Part shown: positions 23,400 through 33,971 of the stretch, piece by piece | Position numbering within the stretch: the stretch's first letter is position 1 | How the letters are laid out: each line of letters starts with the position of its first letter | The notes under the pieces: generated by a model | Seen by the model: the letters and a program-made list of their open reading frames with translations, nothing else | What the model was told of the DNA's origin: nothing | The model's database searches: none | Made by a program: the position numbers and the translations under genes | Source of the DNA: Ministeria vibrans ATCC 50519 | Lineage: Eukaryota; Protista; Filasterea | DNA: 51,702 nucleotides | NCBI GenBank assembly: GCA_943704425.1 | Contig: CALSCP010001606.1 | Location: 1 to 51,702, forward strand | Direction: 5' to 3'

Positions 23400-23676
23400 C
23401 AATCAAAATAATTGAAATCAAAATGATTGAAACTTTGAATAATAAAAAATAATAATTATTATTATTACGACTTTTCAGTTCACTTTCAGCTTTCTCTTCG
23501 TACAGTAAATCGTACTCAGTACTCCGTATTCAGTAATCACATCAATATTCAATAATGTCATTATTCATTAATTAAATATTAATAATAATAATAATAATAA
23601 TTATATATTTTTATTATTCCTAATCTTGCGCTGCATAACTAACTATTAACATTTAAATTAATTTATAATTATTGTT

Positions 23677-25893
23677 TTACACAATCGTCTCGGAAAACTC
23701 GATGATACGACTCTCGCCGGACGGCGAATGGGTGTGGATGTTTGCAGTGATGCTATGAAGCGACTGGACAGCGCTGAAGACGGTATTGAAAAAGTGCTGC
23801 GTGCCAATCTTGTCGCGGAGGCCAGTGTGGGTGAGCACATCGCGCACGGGACCGCGCACGCCGGCGAACAGCACGCGAATCTGCTGCTCTTCAAGCTCGT
23901 CGCAAAGAGACGAGACGACGTCCACGGCACTGGTGTCAAGGCCGCTAAGGGAGTCACAGTCGAGGACAAGGGCATCGACCGGCTGGCTGGCGTTCTGTGC
24001 CACCACCTTGCGCACTTTCTCCTTGAACGTGGCGGCGTTTGCAAAAAAGAGCGGCGCGTCCCAGCGCATCACAACGACATTTGCTGTGACGATAGCCTCG
24101 GGGTAGCGACGCACGTTGCGAAACACAGTGGTACCTGGCAGCCGCCCGACAATGGCGTAGTGCGGACGAGAGATGCGGGCGAGCACAAGCACCAGTGAGA
24201 CGCCAATGCTAATGCCAATGCCAAGCTCAATCCCAACAAAGACAGTCAAGCAAAAGGTGAGCACCCACAGAAAGCACTCGCGACGACTCACGCGCCACAA
24301 GTGAAGCACCTCACCCATGCGGACCATGGGAAAGACGGCCACCATGATGATGGCGGCGAGGACCGCCTTGGGCAGATAAAAGAAGGCCGAGGTGAGTGCG
24401 TACAACGTGACGAGCACGACAAGACTGCTGAGGAGCGACGCCAGTGGTGTCTTGGCGCCCGCTTGGGCATTTACCGCCGTCCGCGAGAATCCTCCTGTCA
24501 TTGGATAGCACGAGAAGAAGGAGCCTATCAGGTTGGCTGCGCCGAGTGCGACGAGCTCTTGGCTCGCGTCCAGCTCGTAGTTGTTCTCGGCTGCAAAGCG
24601 CTTTGCGACTGCCATGGATTCCATAAAGCCCACAAGGGAGATGATGGTAGCCGTGAGGAGGAGGGAGCCAATGGCTCTGAGCGACGGTACGCTTGGGGGT
24701 GCGAGCCCCGGCGGTACGGCACCCACAACGGCCACTCCACGCGACTTGGTGGCCGTCGTCTCGGTCACGAGGATGTCGGCCGTGCCGCTTGTGGCGTTGA
24801 TTGACAGCACATAGAAGGGCGTCGGTGCGACCACCGTGCCGTTTGCAAGCACAGGCACCGTCTGCGTGACGTTTGTGGCGACGTACGTCGTTTCGGCAGC
24901 CAGACCGCCCAAACTGACTGCGAGGGTACCGGCGACGACAACAATGAGCGTCGCCGGCACAATCTTGATGTAGCGATGGAAGAACCCCCAACGCTTTGGG
25001 GCGTACTTGTAGAAGAGCAGCAGAGCACAGGCGAGAAGCGTGATGAGACATGTGACCCAGTAGGCATCGCCAATGTTTTTGAACAGCTCGTAGATCATGA
25101 CGTGCAACTGTTTGCTTCGTTTCACCGAGATCCCTAGTGCGTCCTTGAGTTGCGACAGGCCAATGAGCAGCGCAGCGGCCGCTGTGAATGCGGAGAGCAC
25201 GGGATGCGCCATGAACTCGACGATAAAGCCAAGCTTGAGCACACCCAATAGCAGCTGGAGCACACCAACGGCCAATGCCAGGGCGACCGCAGCCGCATTG
25301 TACTCGCTCGTGCCTTCGACGTACGCACCACTCAGAGCACTCCGTGTCAACAGTGAGACCATTGCCACGGGAGCCACTGAGAGCTGGCCACTCGTGCCGA
25401 GGATTGCATAGACGAGCGTGCCAAAAAAGGCCGAGTACAGGCCATACTGGGCAGGGAGGCCGGCCAGAAGGGCATACCTGTCCCAACGGAGAAAAGACGC
25501 ATTAATTATTATTATTATTATTATTATTATTATAATAATAATACTATTATATATTTTGGTGTGAGTTTTTGTTTATTCTTACGCCATTCCTTGAGGGATG
25601 AGCATCACGCCCGTTGTGATACCGGCATTGAGGTCGCCGCCCAGCTTGGCTCGCCAGGTGGTCTTTGCATCGCCGTAGGAGGGAATCCAGCGCGTCGACG
25701 GCACAAAGGTGTTGGCGAGCTTTCTGATCGAAGGGCGCTCTCCGCGGCGTGCTTGCTTCAGCTTGTCCCTCACCTTGCCTGTAAGATGTCTGTCGCGAAT
25801 GGGGTCGGCTGGGAAAGCCTGGTCGCCGCTGACACGCTCAACTCCGGCAACCAACGATTGCATCTCAATGCTGCTCAGACTGTCGTCCGCCAT
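23677..25893 (-). CDS. SulP/SLC26 anion (sulfate-type) transporter with STAS domain, 2 exons
   Basis: GDLNAGITTGVMLIPQGMA|YALLAGLPAQYGLYS, GPVAMVSLL, SQELVALGAAN, GGFSRTAVN, GAKTPLA, DAPLFFAN and STAS LVLDCDSLSGLDTSA. Confidence 0.95.
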
Positions 25894-26016
25894 CACCGAT
25901 CACTGCTTCACCGTAAGAGTAGCAAGAGAACGTCGCCCTAGAAGCACTAGAAAAGTATGATGCCCGATTGTCCAAAGGAGAGCCGCACTGTCGGGCAAAT
26001 GATGAGAGCGGGATGT

Positions 26017-26038
26017 CCGATCTCGGCGGATCGATCGG
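26017..26038. promoter_or_regulatory. Candidate shared cis-element, copy 1 (SulP/YeeE divergent promoter)
   Basis: CCGATCTCGgcgGATCGatCGG; 17 of 22 positions identical to 29302-29323. Confidence 0.5.
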
Positions 26039-26246
26039 GGAAATTGCCGGAGTCACTTCGGAGTTTTTTCCGTCCAAAGTATTGCACCAGATCAAATCAT
26101 CAAAGATTTCAAACTTCAAAGTCACTTTATTCACACGTGTTAGTGCGAACTATACCTCACCAACACCCTTTGACCTTCGTCACCATCTGGCAGTAGGCAA
26201 CGCGCGCCGACCTCACCCCCAAGTTGTGAAGTGTGACTTTTTCGAT

Positions 26247-27460
26247 ATGGATTTCACTCGTGCGATTGTGTCAACGCTGAGCGGCGTTCTGTTCGGCATC
26301 GCGATAGAAAAGGGCCGGGTACACGTGCCAGAGCTGATTATTGGTACTGTGCCGTTGCGTTTGACTGTAGAAGTGTACTCATTTGTGGATTTTGTCTTTT
26401 TATCGACAGCGCAAATGAAAATGGAGCATTTTGTCATGATGAAGATGTTTCTTTCTGCCGTTGCTTCAGGCAGCGCTGCGCTTGCCCTCCTGTCTACGGT
26501 GAGCCCGCAGCGGTTCAACGTCGCCAAGGAAACGTATCGCTCGTGTTTGTGGCGGAGCGTTGGTTCGGTCGGGGTTGGGGGAGCACTGCTGGGTGTCGGC
26601 ATGACGGTGGCGGGAGCATGTCCGGGCACTGTGCTCGTGCAGTTTGGCGCAGGTCTGCCGTCGACTGTGCTGGTGCTTGTCGGCGGCTATGCCGGAGCAC
26701 TTGCCTTTGCCGTTGTGGAGCCGTGGCTGCGGGATCATGTGTTTGCACCGCCGCCGAATGTCAAGGGGAGATTTGTGGACGAGCACATCACGACCATGTC
26801 AGGGTCGACCATGGCCGTGGCCCTGAGCGTTGCCATGGCTGGATGTGTTTTTATGCTTGAGCAGTTTGTACCTTGGCAAGCGGACATTGGGATGCCATTG
26901 GATATGTCGGCTGGGTTCCCGTCGCTCTCGGCACGTGCATGGCCGCCCTACGTTGCTGGTGCAATCATTGGCCTGCTACAGATTCCCGTTGTTCTCTTCC
27001 TCGGCGACACGATTGGCAGTGCCTCGAGTTACGCAACGACAGTATCAAACGTGTGCTACGCCTGTGTGCCAAGTGCCGTTTCACACAACAAGCATCTGAT
27101 GGGCGCCAAGGACGGCTGGGCCAACTGGTGGCAGGTGCTGTATGCGGCGGGCGCCGTCTTGGGCGGCCACCTGTCCGCCTCAGCCAGCCAACAGGCGGGC
27201 GCTATGGTAGCTGAAGCTACTGGTGTGACGCCTGTGCGCTCTGTTCTCGGCGGCTTCATCATCCTCTTTGGCTCGCGACTCGCCGGTGGCTGTACCAGTG
27301 GTAAGAATTACAGTAGTTGATAGGATAGATTCATGTACTCACACACAATTAATACGTTATAGGACATGGAATCAGTGGAATGGGGTTGATGAGCACTCTC
27401 TCGTTTGTGGCTGTGGCTGCCATGTTTGCCGGTGGAATGGGCACTGCTCTGTTGCTGTGA
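26247..27460 (+). CDS. YeeE/YedE-family sulfur-compound (thiosulfate-type) transporter, 3 exons
   Basis: GVLFGIAIEKGRV, MMKMFLSA, GGALLGVGMTVAGACPGT, GSRLAGGCTSG|HGISG. Introns ~26343-26409 and 27301-27362. Confidence 0.92.
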
Positions 27461-27684
27461 GCAATAAGTTTGATAATAATTCTTTGTAAAAGATCAAAAA
27501 TTTAATATAATCAATGAATAATATAAAAATAATTATTTTAATTATAATAATGACGTTATTATTAAAAATCATATTGTATAATTATTATAGTCTTGTTTTG
27601 ACGTTGGGTACAGCTCTTGATTCTCTATTTAATTTTCCTTGATTATTGAAAAAAAAATTATTAGTGCATTAATTGAGGGGGGAG

Positions 27685-29205
27685 TCAGTGATTGGCCAGG
27701 AGAGGTCGGAGAGTGAGGTCGTAGCCGCCGACGACGTCCTTGGCGCGGAGACCGGAGGCGCGAAGGATGGAGACGGCGATGGAAGAGCGGTAGCCTTCGC
27801 TGCAGTAGGCAATGTAGGAGAGGGAATGATCGAGGGAGCGTGCGAGGTCTGCCAGACTGGTCAGTGGGGCGTTTGTGGCGTTGGGAACGCGACCCTTTTT
27901 GGGGCAGTTAAACTCGGAGGCAGTGCGGACGTCGAGGAAGCGCACGGTGGGGTCGTGGAAGAGTGCGTCGAGGCGTGAGCGGCTGTCGGTATCGTTGGTG
28001 AGGCGCAGGCGCTCCGAAGCCTGCAGCTGGCCCTGTTCGGGGCCTAGCTGAGTGCCCCATTCAGCCATGGTGGCGTCTAGGAGGGCGCACACGTTCTCGT
28101 AGCCGACGCGGCAGAGACGCTCTATGCTCTCCGTCTGCTTGTCCGTCGGCGTGACCAGGAAGACGGTCGCGTGGACATTGATGATTCCGCCCACCCAAAT
28201 GGCAAAGTTGCCATCGCCCGGCTCCAGCTTGACACCGCCGAGTTGCCCGACAGGGAAGTTGAGGGCGCCGTGGACGTGTCCCTTATTGAAATCCTCGGCA
28301 GAGCGAGTGTCGATGATGACAACCTCGCTGTCGCCCGCATGACGACGAAAGAGATCGAGGAAGTGTGCGGGTGAGACGCGCGGGACTTTGTCGACGACGG
28401 TCGCGACGTGGCCCGCACCCTCGACATTCTTGGTGACGCACTGCGCAAAGTACTGCGGCGCTTCGGGAAGACCGTCCAGGGAGAAGCTCACAAAGGCATC
28501 CTCGTCTTGGAGGAACGCCAGCGCGGGGTTGCTAGCCGTCTCGCGTGCAATGGTCGAGAACAGCTCATTGCTGAGGTTTTTGCCGCACGGAGAACCCGCA
28601 CCGTGCGCTGGGTGGACAAACGTGTCGCCAGGGAGCTCGTTGACAAGGCGGTTGAGACTGGCAAAGAGCTGGCGAGCGAGAAAGGCCGGCTCGACGCCGC
28701 GCGCTCCGAGAAGGTCGGGGCGCCCGACGCTGCCGACAAAGAGCGTGTCGCCCGTGAAGGCGCGCAGGGGCCGTCCGGCGAAGGCTCTTCCGGCGGCGGT
28801 GGCGGTGGCGGAGTCTCCTTGGCGGTCCACGAGCACGTAGGTGGTGCAGCCGAGCGTGTGTCCCGGCGTCGCCATCGCCTGGACTGCAAAGCGTTTGCTC
28901 AGGACGAAGGTGTCTCCGTCGCACACGGGAAACTGGGGATGCGACGCGCCTGCCTCCTTGCTAATCATAATGGGGGCTCCCGTGCGCTTGTGGAGCTCAA
29001 GATGGCCCGCGACAAAGTCAGCGTGGACGTGTGTGAGGAGGATGCCTTTGAGCTTGAGGTTGTGCTTCTGCAGATCGTCAATGTAGATGTCCACGTCGCG
29101 CCGCGGATCCACCACGACGGCGACGCCGTCGTGCGCAATGAGGTACGACGCCTGTGCAATGCATTGCAGGTAGTATGTCTCGAAGAGAACGTCGCTGACA
29201 ACCAT
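27685..29205 (-). CDS. MBL-fold persulfide dioxygenase fused to two rhodanese domains (CstB-like), intronless
   Basis: VDPRRD, THVHADFVAGH, TPGHT, TGDTLFVGSVGRPDL and PAHGAGSPCGK. Middle rhodanese (IDTR...GHVHGA) lacks the active-loop Cys; C-terminal rhodanese has YCSEGYRS. Confidence 0.93.
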   Translation of the reverse strand: MVVSDVLFETYYLQCIAQASYLIAHDGVAVVVDPRRDVDIYIDDLQKHNLKLKGILLTHVHADFVAGHLELHKRTGAPIMISKEAGASHPQFPVCDGDTFVLSKRFAVQAMATPGHTLGCTTYVLVDRQGDSATATAAGRAFAGRPLRAFTGDTLFVGSVGRPDLLGARGVEPAFLARQLFASLNRLVNELPGDTFVHPAHGAGSPCGKNLSNELFSTIARETASNPALAFLQDEDAFVSFSLDGLPEAPQYFAQCVTKNVEGAGHVATVVDKVPRVSPAHFLDLFRRHAGDSEVVIIDTRSAEDFNKGHVHGALNFPVGQLGGVKLEPGDGNFAIWVGGIINVHATVFLVTPTDKQTESIERLCRVGYENVCALLDATMAEWGTQLGPEQGQLQASERLRLTNDTDSRSRLDALFHDPTVRFLDVRTASEFNCPKKGRVPNATNAPLTSLADLARSLDHSLSYIAYCSEGYRSSIAVSILRASGLRAKDVVGGYDLTLRPLLANH

Positions 29206-29301
29206 TGTTTAAGAAGACCGCGGGGTTATTGAGAGGCGATCAACAACAATTAAGAGTGATTCAAATGTATTATAAAATTTATGGATCTATAGAAAATAGT
29301 C

Positions 29302-29323
29302 CCGATCTCGCGCGATCGCACGG
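29302..29323. promoter_or_regulatory. Candidate shared cis-element, copy 2 (PDO/MPST divergent promoter)
   Basis: CCGATCTCGcgcGATCGcaCGG, immediately followed by another CGATCTC. Confidence 0.5.
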
Positions 29324-29412
29324 CGATCTCTCGACTCTCATCTCCTCTGCGATATTATTCACTTATTTTTGTCTTTTAAACACATACATCACTAGCATCA
29401 ACCGTAACTAGT

Positions 29413-30469
29413 ATGGTGAGTGCCGGGCCTGTGACTCCCCTCGTCGATGCTGAGTGGGTACACGCGCGTCTTCAAAACGCTGCAATTCGAGTGCGAACAA
29501 TAAGAGCGAGAAAGTAAAGAGTATGGAACTCATTCACATTGATATGTCATGTGTAGATTGTGCAGGCGACCTGGGCCGAGTCCATTGGTGGGCGAGAGGT
29601 GTTTCCCGTCGAGCGAATTCCCCGAGCCGGAAAATATGACATTGACTCGGAGGCGGACCCGCACAGCGACCTTGTGACACGTCCTCACATGCTGCCTTCT
29701 CCATCACGATTTGCTGCGTCCTTACGGCGTCTGGGCATTCGCAAAGGTAAGAATCTGACGATGAAGTATGATTTGTGCGACATCGGAGAAATATACAATA
29801 GTTATTATTATTATTAATTATGTAATCCCTAATCTATCCTCTATCTTTTTCCCTTTCGTAGATGATCACGTCGTCATCTACGACTCAGACGGCCTTCATG
29901 GATCGCCTCGTCTCTGGTGGACATTCTTCGTGCTGGGCTTTACTCGAGTGAGTGTCTTGGATGGTGGCCTGCCCGCTTGGCGGAAAGTGTTTCCATGTGA
30001 GACGGGCGCACCCTCGGAGTGCGAGCCGGTGGCCATCGACGACCCCTTCGCGTTCCAGCCTGCTCTCGATGTATCCTTGTTGTGCAGCCTCGCTGATGTG
30101 GAGCGGGTGGCCAGTGGAGACGAGTCGTGTCCCCTCGTGCTCTTCGACGCACGCTCACCCGGTCGATTTTACGGGCGAGACCCTGAGCCACGGCCTGTGC
30201 CCAGCGGTCACGTACCCAACGCCATCTCGCTGCCGTATTCTCAATGTCTTGATGCTTCGCGGACGCGAATGGCCGACACCGACACACTGCGCAAGGTTCT
30301 CACGCGACTTGAGTCGGAGGAGCGAACAGCTGTGTTTATGTGTGGCTCGGGTTTTACCGCTGCCATCTGTGTGTTTGCGGCGTACCTCGTCGGATTGAAA
30401 ACACCCCTCTTATACGATGGCAGTTGGATGGAGTGGGTGCACAGCGGAGGGGTTGTTGTGGCGGAGTAG
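29413..30469 (+). CDS. MPST: 3-mercaptopyruvate/thiosulfate sulfurtransferase (tandem rhodanese), 3 exons
   Basis: LVDAEW, PHMLPS, VVIYD, PRLWWTF, VSVLDGGLPAW, DARSPGRFYG, GHVPNA, active loop CGSGFTA (Cys codon at 30341), LYDGSWMEW. Confidence 0.93.
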
Positions 30470-30744
30470 AGAAAAGTAACATAATGTAATAATATTTAAT
30501 ATCGTGAGACGATTGATCAACGTGTGATCAACTAATTTGTTTGATCCAAGCTGCGTATATATGTACTTTTTGGCGTTTCCGCAGCATATCTAGTTTGTCT
30601 ACTCTTGATAAATCACCTCGGCTTCACTCAAAAGTCAAAATCACATGAAAATTTGAGCATTTCAATTTTGCGTCGCGATCAATGATCACTGATCAGTTTT
30701 CCAGACACTCACTTTTCCAGTTTTCCTTCTTTACTTCATTCTTC

Positions 30745-31035
30745 ATGAAGCTCAACGTCCTGCTTGTCTTTCTAACGACAGTGTGTCATGTGGCAACGCC
30801 CGTGTGGGGCGCACAGCTGTACAAGAACGGCACAGGCGTTGTGGTTCAAGGAAACGCCTTGACGGTCGTCAATCTTGCCAATCTCGCTCAAAACTCGTCG
30901 CTGACGGGCCAGGCGCTTCGCATTGGACAGACCACTCTTGATCAGTCGACGTTGCAGCGTCTTTTGGACCTGAAAGCGAAAGTGAGAGACTCTCTTGGCC
31001 TCTTTTTGTAACAGTCTTTAAACGTTGTTTGTTTG

Positions 31036-31082
<47 letters not shown>

Positions 31083-32454
31083 GCTGCCCACTCTGAGCGC
31101 ACAGGTGCAGTCTCTCCAATCGCAAGTCGACCAGTGCACGTGTTCGTGTTCGTCGTCACCGTGCCAGCTCGGCGCAACGTGCGTCGATGCCTACGACGGG
31201 TTCACGTGCGTATGTCCCGCGGGCTTCGGAGGCAGCGACTGTGCCTCCGACATGGACGAGTGTGCGTCGTCGCCCTGCTCCAATGGTGGCACCTGCGTCG
31301 ACATGGTCGATGGCTTTGTCTGTTCGTGTCCGTTGGACTACACCGGCATCATGTGTAGCATTGATGTGAATGAGTGTTCCTCGTTTCCCTGCCAGAATGG
31401 CGGAACCTGTGCGAACCTCGTCGATGGCTTTGAGTGCTCGTGTGTGTTGGGCTTCACTGGCACACTATGCGATCAAGAAGACGAATGCGCGTCGTCGCCA
31501 TGCCAGAATGGTGCCACTTGCACGGACATGATGGGCTTCTACACATGCGCCTGTCCAGTCGGACTCGGAGGCTTTGTCTGCGAGAAAAACATCGCCGAGT
31601 GTTCGTCCTGTCCCTGTCAAAATGGCGGCACATGCGTCGACGATATTGGATTCTTTACCTGCACGTGTGCGTCGGGCTTCTCCGACACCCTGTGTTCCAC
31701 GAACATTGACGAGTGTGCGTCGTCACCGTGCCAGAACAGCGGAACGTGCGTCGACGAGATGGATGGCTTCTCGTGCCTCTGTCAGCATGGTTGGCTCGGA
31801 TCAGACTGTTCCATTGACCCGTGCGACTCGAGCCCCTGTCATTACTCCACCTCGTGTATTCCAGGCTACTACTTGGGGACGCCCGGTCTGCTTACCGTGC
31901 CCTGGTGTGTCAATTGCGGCCCATTTCCGCTCACGCTCAATGTCGAGGTGGGTCAGGAAGTCCAGTGGTCCATTGCAAATGCCACCACCGCGCACACCGT
32001 TGTCATACCCTCTCTCAACGTCACCAGTCCAACTCCAATGAGCAGCGACTTTGTCTATTCTTTCTCCTCGCCAGGCTCCTATCCATTTCACTGCACCTAC
32101 CACGCCACAAGCATGTACGGCACTGTCGTCGTCACTGCCCCGCCTGACTTTGTCTGTGAGTGTGACGATGGACTTGCCGGTGTCTTTTGCGAGACGGACG
32201 TTGACCTGTGCATGTCCAGCCCGTGCCAGTACGGCGGGACGTGCGTCGACGGCGTTGGCAATGCTTGGCCACCATACTCGTGCTCCTGTGCTCCCGGCTA
32301 CACCGGGTCAAACTGTGAGACGTTTCTCGGTTGCCACTCGCCGCCGCTGTGCCAGAACGGCGGAACGTGCTATCCGAGCCAAAATACCTACATGTGCGAC
32401 TGTGTTGAGGGATATACCGGTGCGACGTGCGACATTAGCTTTGTCACTGTTTGA
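30745..32454 (+). CDS. Secreted multi-EGF protein with an internal cupredoxin (type-1 copper) domain, 2 exons
   Basis: Signal MKLNVLLVFLTTVCHVATPVWG. Intron 30982-31083. Short coiled coil, nine EGF repeats, and cupredoxin VEVGQEVQW...AHTV...PGSYPFHCTYHATSMYGTVVV. Confidence 0.88.
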
Positions 32455-32607
32455 GCGTCGTCCCCGGGTTGTCACGGCAGCACTTGCGTCGACAGCGGCG
32501 GCACTTTATTTGTTCTCCACGCTGTTATATGGTCTGTACATAGTGGAGGGCCAACTCGTCACGCATGTATTCCATTAATATCAATTCTTCGTTCAATTTT
32601 TGCTCGT

Positions 32608-33408
32608 TCATTCGGACACTGCCAATGATTGTCGTTTTTCAACGTATGACTGGTGAAAGTCTTTTGCAAGGTGTGAAAAGGGCGGAAGGACCGACTGTGG
32701 GTCAGTTGCGGAGCACTCAAAGTACGTAAGATCGTGTTGTTGTGCAAATGACTCGCCTTCCTCGCGACTCACTCTTCGCCGGTTCTCCAGGTCGGTCTTG
32801 TTTGCCACAACGACTCCTATTAGAAAAAGAACAAAAAATCACAGTGAGTTGGTGGAGACAGAACACGTTAGTTGTACCATAGAGAGGACCGGATTTGCGC
32901 TTTTTTCTAGCCATTTCGAACCAGGCTGAGGAGTGCTCAAACGACTTCGGGTCAGTCACATCGTACACAGCGACAACCATTGCAATGTTCTCCCACTACG
33001 ATAAAATAAGAGATGTTAGACAGGGAGCTAAGACGTAGCGAGCAAGATCAATCATAATACTTATACCAAATAAATTCTTACATATTGTGGAACGGTGTCT
33101 GTGAAAACATTCTGACCGGCCGAATCATACACATACAATTCGACGAGGTCATCACTGTCGGGGACGCTTACAGCTTGTATTTTAAGGTCTACTCCAGCAG
33201 TCTGGAAGGCGGCGGGGGGGACAACAAGGGCTAGCAATTGGACATTGATTGATGTGTGTGGTTACCATGGAGTACGCTTTGGAAAATGGTTCGCCGCCCA
33301 GGGCCGCAAGCAGCGCTGTTTTCCCGACTGTCGCATCTCCTAAGTGCAATAGGGCGATGTAGGCATGCTGACAAGGGGGAAGAGAGGGAGGGAGGGAAGA
33401 GAGGGAGA

Positions 33409-33470
<62 letters not shown>

Positions 33471-33513
33471 TGATACCGACGAGAGCGCACTTGCACCGTA
33501 AAATGACACCCAT
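32608..33513 (-). CDS. IFT27: Intraflagellar transport protein 27 (Rab-like GTPase), multi-exon
   Basis: LRCKCALVGDATVGKTAL, YSMTAGVDL, VPDSDDLVELYVYDSAGQ, VYDVT, VANKTDL, FECSA. No C-terminal prenylation Cys. Confidence 0.9.
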
Positions 33514-33971
33514 TGAGATATTGTGCGGCTTTGTCCTCTATAGACTCAACACACACTCTGGCTTGTGCAACACAAACGGTGATCAATGAATATTAATTTG
33601 ATTTTTAAAAAATCAATCTATCAAGTAGGAAAATAAATAGAGAAGATACTCAATGTCAAAACAAGACAATATAGAAAACAAAGAATTAATAATAAAACAA
33701 AGAATTAATAATAATATTATTAGTACTTGATTACGTCTTGTTTTATTCATTTCAGATTCGATGAGAATTATTAATACTATCGTTTGAACCAACGTAATTA
33801 TTACTATTATTAGTATAATATCGATGAGTACACAAATATAAACGAAAAACTCGTCGGGCATTCTTTTTTTCTTTTATAACAATACAGCTGAGGGGTCGAT
33901 AATGATGGGGAGAAAATCAAGGACCAAACGATTGACGCGACGATGCCACTAGAAAAACAACAACGGAAAGG

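Noticed and set aside
23677-30469. Bacterial contamination as the explanation for the sulfur cluster
   Set aside because: Three of the four genes have GT-AG introns, spacers match the host AT-rich style, and the region is contiguous with EGF and IFT27 genes.
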